From IMG/VR virus record IMGVR_UViG_3300031867_000048, positions 854-64,853 of that record: a stretch of 64,000 nt of DNA. The stretch is one strand, 5' to 3'. This document shows, piece by piece, positions 37,330 to 46,023 of this stretch (its first letter is position 1; every line of letters starts with the position of its first letter). Both the position numbers and the translations under genes were made by a program. Under the pieces are notes generated by a model. That model did no database searches. It was given only the letters and a program-made list of their open reading frames with translations, and was not told where the DNA came from. The DNA comes from a virus (taxonomy: Duplodnaviria > Caudoviricetes).

Positions 37330-38736
37330 TTATCCTGCCTTGACCTTATCAAACTCTGCTGCTGCCAACAGTGCCCGTTCCTTGGTATTCAGCTTGAGGT
37401 AGCGCCTCAACATATCCTCGCTGGCATGTCCTGTGACAGCCATGATAGCCGACAGCGGAACGCCAGCTTTGTAAGCATTGGTAGCAAACGTACGACGGGC
37501 GGTGTGCGTCACTATGGCATCACAGAAGCGTTTCTTGCTGGCATAGGAAAGCACTCCTCTACGCTCTGTCAGTCCGGCAGGCTCCGTCCATCCCAGCAAC
37601 AGTCCTACCACCTTGATGCGGTCATTCAGGTGCTGGTCGTAGATGACAGGCAGGTGGCCATCATACTTATCCAGTATCTCCTTGATCATGTCATTGTAGG
37701 GTACGTACACCTCTTTCTCTGTCTTAACCTGCACCAGATGCACAAACTTCCTTTCGCCCTGTATAGTCTCTATCATGTCACTGGTGATACGCTTGTAGTC
37801 ACTGACTCGCTGCCCTGTCAGGCATCCCATCACAAAGATGTCACGGGCTTCCGTAAGTTTTTTACGGTAGAGGTCACGCTGCAGGGCGTGCACCACCTTG
37901 TCGCGCTCTTCTTCATCCTTGGCATACTTTTCTGCTCTGGCCTTCATCTCCTTATAGTCCATCATGTCGAAGTGATACATCTCCTTCAGGCGGGCCTCAG
38001 GGATATAGATGTTCTCCACATCCTCCCTGTCAGCACTCCACTGCTTACTCATGAAGTCATCACGGGTTGTCAGGTGCAAGTCCTTTGCGGCATACAGCAT
38101 TGTCTTCATGTTCTTTATATGACGGGCAATGGTGTTCGGACTGTAGTTCTTCTCGATGAAGAACTGCTTATAGTCCCTATAGAAGTCGAAGTTGAGGTCA
38201 TCCCAGTCTATCACCCTCTTGCGTGCTTTCTGGTATTCCTCCATCTGTGCCAAGAACCCTCTGTAGTTCTTCAGCGTACCTGCCGTAATCTTTCTGGTAC
38301 TCTTCTGCTTCAACCTCTCACCATCCTCACACTCCTGAATATACTTGGCCACAAACTCTAGAAAGGTAGGCTTAGCCTTGGGTAGTGGAGATCTCTCTGA
38401 TTGCAGATAACTGCCTATCTTCTGGTTGTTAATCACCTCATTTATTATTACGCGCGCGTGTGGGGTGGTGATAGTATTGTTATCATCCATAGCCACCAAC
38501 AGTTTTTTCAAGTCCTGTATGATGGTTGTCAGCTGTGCATACGACAAGCCATCCAGCTCTTTGACGGGGCGCTCGTCGAAACTATTCTTGGGTAGTTGTG
38601 CATCCTCTAGCCAGTCTTTTACTCTCACCTTCAGGTGGAGTGACACATAACTGTTGATGCTCAACTTTCTGTTGACGATACGCACAGCCAGCGTACCGAC
38701 ATTATCTTTTTTGCTTCTTATTACGATTTGTATCAT
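37330..38736 (-). CDS. int: Prophage integrase (tyrosine recombinase, Bacteroidales type)
   Basis: TGQRVSD (R), HTARRTFAT (HxxR), TGHASEDMLRRY (H, Y); N-terminal arm-binding and SAM-like regions; adjacent to attP. Confidence 0.93.
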   Translation of the reverse strand: MIQIVIRSKKDNVGTLAVRIVNRKLSINSYVSLHLKVRVKDWLEDAQLPKNSFDERPVKELDGLSYAQLTTIIQDLKKLLVAMDDNNTITTPHARVIINEVINNQKIGSYLQSERSPLPKAKPTFLEFVAKYIQECEDGERLKQKSTRKITAGTLKNYRGFLAQMEEYQKARKRVIDWDDLNFDFYRDYKQFFIEKNYSPNTIARHIKNMKTMLYAAKDLHLTTRDDFMSKQWSADREDVENIYIPEARLKEMYHFDMMDYKEMKARAEKYAKDEEERDKVVHALQRDLYRKKLTEARDIFVMGCLTGQRVSDYKRITSDMIETIQGERKFVHLVQVKTEKEVYVPYNDMIKEILDKYDGHLPVIYDQHLNDRIKVVGLLLGWTEPAGLTERRGVLSYASKKRFCDAIVTHTARRTFATNAYKAGVPLSAIMAVTGHASEDMLRRYLKLNTKERALLAAAEFDKVKAG

Positions 38737-38809
38737 AAAAAATTGCTTTTGATTTCCGTTTACAAAGGTACAAATTCTTTTTGAACCTCCAACAAAATTA
38801 CTTAGAATT

Positions 38810-39039
38810 TGACGCACAAATGACGCACAAATGTTATAGAAGAGTGGAAACCATCGGAAACCACTTTTTTAAATATCTCTATTTCAAGGCCCTCTCGCCA
38901 TCACCCGTTTCCATTCTGTACCCGTATCAGGAATTCGCCAGGCACCTCTAAACAAACTCTCAGAACCTCGATAAACAAAAGGTTTTGAGAGTTTTCTTTT
39001 TCTGTAAATTCTCATTTTGACGCATTTTTGACGCACATT
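38810..39039. other. attP: core matching a tRNA-Cys 3' end with flanking arm-type repeats
   Basis: Core GAATTCGCCAGGCACCTC (38931-48) resembles the recalled Bacteroidales tRNA-Cys end GAATCCGCCAGGCACCTC; terminator hairpin at 38954-94; TGACGCACAAA x2 (38810-31) and TGACGCATTTT/TGACGCACATT (39018-39). Confidence 0.75.
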
Positions 39040-39041
39040 CG

Positions 39042-39099
39042 AATAATCTGAAATAATCTGAGATTATTCGCTCAGATTTGTACAGATTATCAGATTATT
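39042..39099. repeat. AATAATCTGA / TCAGATTATT direct and inverted repeats (possible Xis or operator sites)
   Basis: Two direct copies followed by inverted copies next to attP. Confidence 0.55.
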
Positions 39100-39394
39100 T
39101 ACCTTTGCAGATTCCATCCTTTAAAATCTTGATAGCCTCCTTCAGACCCTGCACCTGCCCTTTCAGCTTGGCTATCTCGACTTCATGGGACTTGCGGCCA
39201 TCAGCCTCAGCTTCATCAAAGAAGTAGCCAACGGGGACATGATAGAACTTGGCAATGCGCTCCAGAGTGCTGGCGCGTGGATCTGCGCCGTTGATAATAT
39301 TCATGATGGCCTGATAGGTCGTACCCATCTTCCTGGCATCACCATACCTGTCTGTACTACTATTAAACAGTTTCTTAATCTTTCCAGTATTCAT
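39095..39394 (-). CDS. XRE-family HTH protein
   Basis: ARKMGTTYQAIMNIING.DPRASTLERIAKFYHVPVGYFF. Confidence 0.85.
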   Translation of the reverse strand: MNTGKIKKLFNSSTDRYGDARKMGTTYQAIMNIINGADPRASTLERIAKFYHVPVGYFFDEAEADGRKSHEVEIAKLKGQVQGLKEAIKILKDGICKGK

Positions 39395-39407
39395 AACAAT
39401 ACACGTA

Positions 39408-39788
39408 TTATTCTATTCCATCGGTCTTTACAAATATCACACCCATAACAGAGCCCAGCATAACTGCCACATTATACACCTTGTCTATTAACAAATACTC
39501 GCCAGGGTGTGTAAACTGGACATATAGTCCTACAATCATAACAACACATAGAAAGATACACAGCAAAAGCGAAACGGCATTATTATGGCTGGGGGCTGTT
39601 TTTGCCCCGCCATAAATAAATGCAACACCAGAACCAGCAAAGATGGCTACAGAGAGTGCGTCCCTGGCTATCTCAAACGGAATAGCAAAGACATTTCCCT
39701 GAATGAAATTTATTACATGGACTACCACAAACGCTAAAATAGCTGCTGGCAGAACAGCAATCCATCTTAAAATGTTTTTACTATCCAT
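39408..39788 (-). CDS. Membrane protein in the immunity operon (possible superinfection exclusion)
   Basis: Four hydrophobic helices; AT-rich. Confidence 0.6.
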   Translation of the reverse strand: MDSKNILRWIAVLPAAILAFVVVHVINFIQGNVFAIPFEIARDALSVAIFAGSGVAFIYGGAKTAPSHNNAVSLLLCIFLCVVMIVGLYVQFTHPGEYLLIDKVYNVAVMLGSVMGVIFVKTDGIE

Positions 39789-39793
39789 CCCCC

Positions 39794-40150
39794 CTACTTC
39801 GCTTTATACAATTCCTGCATCTCTTCTGTAATCTCCATAAACTTCATCCAGATGTTGTACACCTTGTTTTCTTTTTCAACAAGTTTAGGGTCCGACATTC
39901 GGGTGAGTTCTTCTTTCAGCTTGCGGTTTTCTTCACGGAGCTTGCTAACTTCTGTATCTGTATCAATCTCATAGAAAAATCCCATGTCAACCTTTAAAAT
40001 ACGACACAACTCTTCAAGGAATCCCGTTTTAACATCTTTGGCGTTCAATGTCTGGTTTACAGATTGGGGAGGAACGCCAAGCATGCGGGCAATGTCTGCC
40101 AAGACATAACCTGCATCTTTCAATTTCTTGTCTAACTCTTCTCCACTCAT
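39794..40150 (-). CDS. CI-like repressor (XRE HTH plus coiled coil)
   Basis: LADIARMLGVPPQSVNQTLNAKDVKTGFLEELCRIL; divergent from the Cro-like gene. Confidence 0.8.
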   Translation of the reverse strand: MSGEELDKKLKDAGYVLADIARMLGVPPQSVNQTLNAKDVKTGFLEELCRILKVDMGFFYEIDTDTEVSKLREENRKLKEELTRMSDPKLVEKENKVYNIWMKFMEITEEMQELYKAK

Positions 40151-40218
40151 ATCTACTTTTATTTATTAAATAACCTTAAATAATTACTTGTATTTATTGT
40201 TTTATATCTATTTTTATT

Positions 40219-40290
40219 TATCTTTGCACTCAGTAAGCGTTCGGAACGTGTTCCGTAAATGTCCGCAAGTGAGTGCAGACTGCAAATATA
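40219..40290. promoter_or_regulatory. Face-to-face lytic/lysogenic promoters with a palindromic operator candidate
   Basis: Plus TATCTTTG at 40219-26; minus TATATTTG at 40290-83; both have canonical -33 spacing; CGGAAC-GT-GTTCCG lies between them. Confidence 0.7.
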
Positions 40291-40335
40291 CAAAGAATAA
40301 TTGATAAATCAAAGTATTTATAAATAAAAATTTAT

Positions 40336-40527
40336 ATGGCACTGACAAGACCGACCATCCAATTACCCAGAGGCGCAGCAGACAGAATCATGCAAGCTGA
40401 GGGATGCAGCAGGACAGCACTCTATGCTGCTCTGAACCATACATCGCATAGTGAAGAGGCCAAGCGTCTCAGGAAAGTAGCTGTAACCATGTATGGCGGT
40501 GTGGAATTCAAGAAACCAATCGTTTAA
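40336..40527 (+). CDS. Cro-like small DNA-binding protein
   Basis: 63 aa, HTH-like, first early gene. Confidence 0.6.
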   Translation: MALTRPTIQLPRGAADRIMQAEGCSRTALYAALNHTSHSEEAKRLRKVAVTMYGGVEFKKPIV

Positions 40528-40538
40528 CTCAATACATT

Positions 40539-40937
40539 ATGAAAAAAGAACTAATAACCTACATCAAGAAGTCCCACATCAAGGCAGTCCAGAAGTTCAA
40601 CGAAGAATTGCATGCCTTTGAGAAAGAGACTGGCGAGTACCCTGTTACTCTCTATGAGGATCCTCTTACCAGCTTCACGCTGTGCGACATTGCCATCAGT
40701 CAGGATGGCCAACTGTTCTATACCTACGACGGGCAGGTAGAGTTTGAGGTCGAAGTTGTCTACGACGAAGAGACCAACGACTACTATGAAGAATTTGGCT
40801 CTGAGTCTATCATGGAGTACATCAAGTTCTGGCGCAAGTGCCTGCGTCGCGCAAAGCGCTACTGGTCTATGGACTCTGAGAAGCTGGATGCCATTCAAGA
40901 CGGAGAGATTGAAGATGACGAAGAAGAGGAGGATTGA
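40539..40937 (+). CDS. Acidic hypothetical protein
   Basis: 132-aa ORF in the early operon. Confidence 0.7.
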   Translation: MKKELITYIKKSHIKAVQKFNEELHAFEKETGEYPVTLYEDPLTSFTLCDIAISQDGQLFYTYDGQVEFEVEVVYDEETNDYYEEFGSESIMEYIKFWRKCLRRAKRYWSMDSEKLDAIQDGEIEDDEEEED

Positions 40938-40939
40938 CT

Positions 40940-41152
40940 ATGGCAAAGCTATTTAAGATTGATGGCTTCAAAACTGCTATCAGGCTCGACAGGGTGGACG
41001 CAGTCGACCGTGTTGATAATGGGAAAGGCGAAGAGCTCCTTAGAATATTCATGTCTGGCATGGACGGAGGCTACAATTTTAACTTTGGTAAATACGGAGA
41101 GATGGCCGACAAGGCTTTTAATGACATCGTTAAAGAAATTGAGGAACTATGA
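40940..41152 (+). CDS. Hypothetical protein
   Basis: Closely packed ORF. Confidence 0.6.
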   Translation: MAKLFKIDGFKTAIRLDRVDAVDRVDNGKGEELLRIFMSGMDGGYNFNFGKYGEMADKAFNDIVKEIEEL

Positions 41153-41460
41153 CGAATACAATGACAGCAACACAGATGGCTAAGGCTTACGGCCTTAAGT
41201 CGCCCCAGGCTTTCAACAAGCTCATGGTGAAGTGCAGAGTGCTGGTAGATACCGTTAAAGGTTACGTGCTGGCTGAGGCTTTTCGTGGGCAAGGGTATTT
41301 GGCTGTCATAGACCAGCCTTACTTTCTGCCTAACGGCATCCGTGCCACCAGGAAGAAGGCCGTATGGACTGAGAAAGGCCAACTGTTTGTCCGTAGGCGC
41401 CTTGGCCGCATCGGCATTTTTCCAGTCAACGAGCAGGCAGACATCTTTTCAATGAATTAA
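41149..41460 (+). CDS. Phage antirepressor KilAC/ANT-like domain protein
   Basis: MTATQMAKAYGLKSPQAFNKLM...WTEKGQLFV. Confidence 0.8.
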   Translation: MTNTMTATQMAKAYGLKSPQAFNKLMVKCRVLVDTVKGYVLAEAFRGQGYLAVIDQPYFLPNGIRATRKKAVWTEKGQLFVRRRLGRIGIFPVNEQADIFSMN

Positions 41461-41465
41461 GATAT

Positions 41466-41786
41466 ATGAACATACAGACCATACTCAACTCACAGCAGGC
41501 TCCTCAGACGCTTATCATGATGTCTGGTGAACAACTGCGCCAGCTCATAGAGGATGTCACGGCCAACACCCGTCGCATCGTTGAAGAGCAGTATCAGCCG
41601 AAATACTACACCGTAGAGGATATGAAAGAGTTATTCCACTGCCAGACATCTACCATCTACAACTGGATAAGCAGAGGCAAAATAAAGGCCTACAAGATGG
41701 AGGAAAATGGTCGGACGTACTTTGACCAGGCAGAGGTGCGCGAGGCCATGAGAAGCGGTCTGTTGGGCAAATACGTACACAAATAA
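41466..41786 (+). CDS. Excisionase-like HTH protein
   Basis: YYTVEDMKELFHCQTSTIYNWISRGKIKAYK...YF. Confidence 0.8.
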   Translation: MNIQTILNSQQAPQTLIMMSGEQLRQLIEDVTANTRRIVEEQYQPKYYTVEDMKELFHCQTSTIYNWISRGKIKAYKMEENGRTYFDQAEVREAMRSGLLGKYVHK

Positions 41787-41798
41787 ACCAATACTACT

Positions 41799-42020
41799 AT
41801 GAAGAAATTCAAACGTACAGCAGTAGCAATCATCTGCGGCATCGTAGCTTTCTTCCTGCTCATGGGATGGGTTGGCGACTACGACTACTGCGAGCAGGTC
41901 ATCCTGCATATGTCACAGGAACAGTACGACTCAGTGAAGAACATGCTGGCTGATCAGACGGGAGAGACACCCTCTGACAGGGACATCGCCCACTGGTGGG
42001 CTGAACACCACTATAAGTAG
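41799..42020 (+). CDS. Small membrane-anchored hypothetical protein
   Basis: N-terminal hydrophobic helix. Confidence 0.65.
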   Translation: MKKFKRTAVAIICGIVAFFLLMGWVGDYDYCEQVILHMSQEQYDSVKNMLADQTGETPSDRDIAHWWAEHHYK

Positions 42021-42049
42021 CTTTCCTCCTTTCATTTTTAGAATTTATA

Positions 42050-42276
42050 TATTAACTAGTTTTAGGTTTTTAGTTCTTTAAGACTGGGCAGCGGCCCTTT
42101 CTGCAAGATTGATTTTCAAATTTCCTGCTGGTTCGTGAGAATAGGCAGTTTTCAAACGAACAAATCCATTCATAAGAATAGAATGTTACAATTCACTTGT
42201 ATGCAAAGGGCAGCGGCCCTGGCTGTAAAAATGATTTTCTATTACCCCCTGCTGGTACGCGAGTATAGGCAGTTTT
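42050..42276 (+). ncRNA. Tandem two-hairpin RNA element, two units
   Basis: GGGCAGCGGCCC (42086, 42208), then after 27-29 nt a GNRA hairpin CTGCTGGTTC-GTGA-GAATAGGCAG / CTGCTGGTAC-GCGA-GTATAGGCAG plus TTTT; compensatory base change between the units. Confidence 0.65.
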
Positions 42277-42309
42277 AAGTAAACAACATCTCAAATTACA
42301 ATAAACAAT

Positions 42310-42567
42310 ATGGCAACAAAAACAACAACACCACAGCAGACATCGACTCAGACGACTCCAAAGGTTGTCTGCTGTCTCAACTGCCTCCATGCGAATCTGC
42401 ATCGCTATGGAAACAATCCCATCCTGGCTGCATGCATGTGCAAGCCCCAGCCGGACAATGAGAAGTTTCCATACGCTGTAGAGGTGGCCTGCCATCTGCG
42501 TCGCTGTATCGACTGGAAGCTTGACCCAGAGAGAAAGGTTGTTGAACTGCGTAGCAAGGTAGCATAA
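42310..42567 (+). CDS. Cys-rich hypothetical protein (possible Zn-binding)
   Basis: CCLNC..C..C..C..C pattern. Confidence 0.65.
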   Translation: MATKTTTPQQTSTQTTPKVVCCLNCLHANLHRYGNNPILAACMCKPQPDNEKFPYAVEVACHLRRCIDWKLDPERKVVELRSKVA

Positions 42568-43478
42568 TGGGCGGGTGGTATAAAAGACAGCGTAACATTC
42601 CTGAGCGTCCTTGGTTCAAGGATGCAAAGGTGCTCCAGCTTTTCGACTATCTGGAGGCGACGGCCTATGTCACCGATGGGATGTATGAGGGTACAATCAT
42701 CCGTCGTGGCTCCTGCCCTACCACTCGTCCAGACATGATGGAAGCTACGGGCCTCAGCTACAAAGAAGTAGACCGTTGTCTGCGTGTTCTTATCTCTTAC
42801 GGGGAAATAATCGTTAAAGGGAACTACCGTTTTAGTATCGTAACTATCTGTGGCTATGACACTTTCAGCACACAGCAAACTTTATTTGGAACGGATGAGG
42901 GTACGACTAAAGATACTACTGAGGGTACGACTCAGGGTACTACTGAGGGTACGGCACACCTATTAACTAAAGAAGAAAGATATAAAGATATTCTTATAAC
43001 TCCTTACAGTCCTTATAAGAAGGAGAGAGAGACACAAGATGTGGGCTTAGAAGTAAAAAAGAGATATAACAAGACTTTTGACGGCATTCTTCAGCCGTGT
43101 GTCAGACTGACGCTTCCGACAAAACTGATGGTGGAGGATTGTGTGCGTCGTTTTGGATTGCAGGCAGTCGACCTGGTCTTTGAGCAAATCCTACAGGAAC
43201 CATTCTCGCTGGGACAGAACAAGACTGGTTTTATTGCCAGCTTCCAATACATCTTCAAGCCTGCCAACTTCCAACAGTACCTGGAACGTGCACAGCTGCG
43301 TCGCAAGAAGCAGGAAGAGCCTCAGCAGAAAGCCAGTGTCGGTGTTATCGGTGAGGAAGTACAGACACCTACCAGGCTATCCAAGGAAGAATACGAGCGA
43401 GACATGCGACAGGCTGCTGCAAACGGCAATGCACAGGCACAGCGTCTGGTAGCATTATGGGACTCACAAACAAACTAA
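42567..43478 (+). CDS. Replication initiator (lambda O/DnaD-like)
   Basis: N-terminal wHTH-like region, central repeat linker, C-terminal ..ASFQYIFKPANFQQYLE. Confidence 0.75.
   Translation: MGGWYKRQRNIPERPWFKDAKVLQLFDYLEATAYVTDGMYEGTIIRRGSCPTTRPDMMEATGLSYKEVDRCLRVLISYGEIIVKGNYRFSIVTICGYDTFSTQQTLFGTDEGTTKDTTEGTTQGTTEGTAHLLTKEERYKDILITPYSPYKKERETQDVGLEVKKRYNKTFDGILQPCVRLTLPTKLMVEDCVRRFGLQAVDLVFEQILQEPFSLGQNKTGFIASFQYIFKPANFQQYLERAQLRRKKQEEPQQKASVGVIGEEVQTPTRLSKEEYERDMRQAAANGNAQAQRLVALWDSQTN
42896..42955 (+). repeat. Iterons / probable replication origin
   Basis: Four (T/C)(G)AGGGTAC repeats inside the initiator gene, followed by an AT-rich tract. Confidence 0.7.
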
Positions 43479-43486
43479 GAAAGATT

Positions 43487-43987
43487 ATGGCAAGAATACA
43501 TCATAAAGAATCAGATATACAGATACGTATCGTCAAGTTCTTCAGAGTCACCTATCCTGACTTTGCATACCTGATGTTCCATCCACACAACGAGGGCAAT
43601 GCCTTTACTCGCCAGCAACAAATCATTGCCAACAGGGAAGGTGTCACCAAAGGAGTCTCTGACTTGGTATTCCTCATCCCTACACTGCACTACCACTTCC
43701 TGACTATCGAAGTGAAGAATGGTACCAAAGGGCGCCAGAGTGAAGAGCAGAAGTTGTTCCAGCGCTATGTAGAGGCCATCGGTGGTAAGTATGTGGTGGC
43801 ACGTACCTATGAGGGTGCTGTGGACTATATCAACCGCTACATGGATGATGTAACATTAGTTAACTACGGCGCTGTCGGTGCTGTCACCAAGGCTATAGAG
43901 AAAGAGCGTACTGCAGAAGCACAGCGTGAACTACAGAAACTCATGAACAAGAATATTGAAAACTCAGAAATATCAAAGTCACTATGA
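43487..43987 (+). CDS. VRR-NUC domain nuclease
   Basis: ESDIQ..HPHNEG..GVSDLV..IEVK..RQSEEQ. Confidence 0.88.
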   Translation: MARIHHKESDIQIRIVKFFRVTYPDFAYLMFHPHNEGNAFTRQQQIIANREGVTKGVSDLVFLIPTLHYHFLTIEVKNGTKGRQSEEQKLFQRYVEAIGGKYVVARTYEGAVDYINRYMDDVTLVNYGAVGAVTKAIEKERTAEAQRELQKLMNKNIENSEISKSL

Positions 43988-44301
43988 ACGAGAAAGAAGA
44001 AACAATCAAGCCAGAGCGTTCAATGATGTCACCATTCTGCGAGGCACTGATGAAATCTTGTGAGATGATTGACGACCTACGCATTCCCTCTGACACTGCC
44101 CTTGTGCTCTGTACTGACGGAAAGATTCTGGAGGTACGCCAGTGCGGACTCTATCCAGATGCGCTACGCATGCTCTACACGAAAATGAGTCATGATGACA
44201 AGTTTGCAGAGCTGATTACGGAGGCTAGCCTACTCTACTCTCGACACGTCCTTGGCAATAAGGTTCCTACTTCCACGACTATTATTAAACCCATCAAATA
44301 A
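43984..44301 (+). CDS. Hypothetical protein
   Basis: Coupled ORF in the early operon. Confidence 0.65.
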   Translation: MNEKEETIKPERSMMSPFCEALMKSCEMIDDLRIPSDTALVLCTDGKILEVRQCGLYPDALRMLYTKMSHDDKFAELITEASLLYSRHVLGNKVPTSTTIIKPIK

Positions 44302-44309
44302 GTACAACT

Positions 44310-44540
44310 ATGACAACAGAACAATTCCTTAAATTACAGATTGGTACATTCATCACCGATCATGAGGACATCAACAGTCCAGAGAACTATTGTAAGATAC
44401 TCCAGTTCAGGGGTACAGAAATACAGCTGCAGCCCTACGACGGCGTAGACAAACCATCAGAGGTTCACCCATACTGGGAAGACTACCGTAACATCAATCT
44501 CACCGAGAAACTTTACCCCTCTGAGTTTAAGATGCTGTAA
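44310..44540 (+). CDS. Hypothetical protein
   Basis: 76-aa ORF. Confidence 0.65.
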   Translation: MTTEQFLKLQIGTFITDHEDINSPENYCKILQFRGTEIQLQPYDGVDKPSEVHPYWEDYRNINLTEKLYPSEFKML

Positions 44541-44542
44541 CT

Positions 44543-45598
44543 ATGCGTATCGGACTGATAGACGTTGACGGACATGCCTCTAAGAAAAAGTGGGGTGCGA
44601 CGATATATCCCAATATCGCCCTGGCTAAGATTGCACGCTTCCATCGTGGATGTGGCAACACTGTAGAATGGTACAGCCCATTTGCAGAGCATTATGATTG
44701 GGTGTATATGTCAAAGGTGTTTAACTTCTCACCAGACTATCCCTACGTCATCAAGAATGCTGTCCACATTATCAAAGGTGGCACTGGCTATGTAACAGAT
44801 ATTGACTCTACGCCAGTTCTAAATATGAACCAGCAGACTAACTATATCTTTAATTTGCCACCAAGTGTTGACCACTGTCAGCCCGACTACAGCATCTATC
44901 CCAACATCCCCAAGGACTATGCCTACGGCTTCCTGACAAGAGGATGCCCCAACAAGTGCAAGTGGTGTGTGGTTCCTAAGAAGGAAGGTGCCATCCGTCC
45001 GTATATGGACGTTGACGAGATAGCTATTGAGGGCCGTCATAAGCTGGTGCTCATGGATAACAACTTCTTGGCTGCTGGTGACTACGCTCATGAGCAGCTG
45101 GACAAGATAATAGAGCGTGGCTACCGTGTAGACTTCAACCAGGCACTAGATGCCAGACTGGTGACGGATGACTTCGCCCGTAAGCTGGCACAGGTGAAGT
45201 GGCTCGATAAGAACCGCATACGCTTTGGCTGCGACACACCAGCACAGATACAGGAGTGTGAACGTGCCATGAGCCTCATCGACTCTTATGGCTTCAATGG
45301 GGAGTATTTTCTCTACACCATGCTCAACGATGACTTCTGGGAGTGCTACCACCGTATCACGTACTGGTGGAAACGGCTACAGGATGCACGCCACAGCAAG
45401 AAAGGCAACTGGGTATATGCCTACGCACAGCCCTACAGGGATCCCGTCAATCCTCACCATCAGATACCGCAATGGCAAAAGGATATGGCAAACTGGGTTA
45501 ACAAGAAAGCGCATTTTGTGGCCCATAGCTTTGAGGACTTCCAGCCTCGCAAAGGGTTCAGATGTAAAGTGTATCTATTAAAATCTAGACAATTATAA
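44543..45598 (+). CDS. Radical SAM protein
   Basis: LTRGCPNKCKWC (CxxxCxxC), MDNNFL, VDFNQALDARL. Confidence 0.88.
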   Translation: MRIGLIDVDGHASKKKWGATIYPNIALAKIARFHRGCGNTVEWYSPFAEHYDWVYMSKVFNFSPDYPYVIKNAVHIIKGGTGYVTDIDSTPVLNMNQQTNYIFNLPPSVDHCQPDYSIYPNIPKDYAYGFLTRGCPNKCKWCVVPKKEGAIRPYMDVDEIAIEGRHKLVLMDNNFLAAGDYAHEQLDKIIERGYRVDFNQALDARLVTDDFARKLAQVKWLDKNRIRFGCDTPAQIQECERAMSLIDSYGFNGEYFLYTMLNDDFWECYHRITYWWKRLQDARHSKKGNWVYAYAQPYRDPVNPHHQIPQWQKDMANWVNKKAHFVAHSFEDFQPRKGFRCKVYLLKSRQL

Positions 45599-45610
45599 AA
45601 CAGAACAATT

Positions 45611-46021
45611 ATGACAGGAATAGAATTTAAAGACCTATGTCAAGACGACCAAATAGTCATGGGCGGCAAGACTTACCGTGTAGAGGACACTGACCGCATG
45701 GGACGTGTTCAGCTGCAGCAGATGAAATACTACATTGACGTGTGGGATTATTGCGACGAATAATATGACTCTGACGAAGCTGCTTACGAAGCTGCCAGTA
45801 ACATCGTTGATGACTTGAAGGAGGATCTTAAAGAACTTCAAGAGTATCTGTCAGAATTAAAATCTGATGACGAAGCATACGACGAGACGCAGGAAGAGAT
45901 TGACAAGATTGAAGAGCAGATAGACGATCTAAAGTTTTGTGACATCGAGACAGAAGAATGTGGTAAGCCTTTCTGGATGCACTACAAAGATATTGATGCA
46001 GAAGATATTTTAGACGATTAA
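45611..46021 (+). pseudogene. Acidic protein gene split by an in-frame TAA at 45761-63
   Basis: MTGIEFK..WDYCDE*YDSDEAAYE..LDD: the same frame continues on both sides of the stop. Confidence 0.65.
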
Positions 46022-46023
46022 CC

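Noticed and set aside
38931-38950. tRNA gene
   Set aside because: Only the 3' ~18 nt is present, so it is treated as the att core rather than a tRNA.
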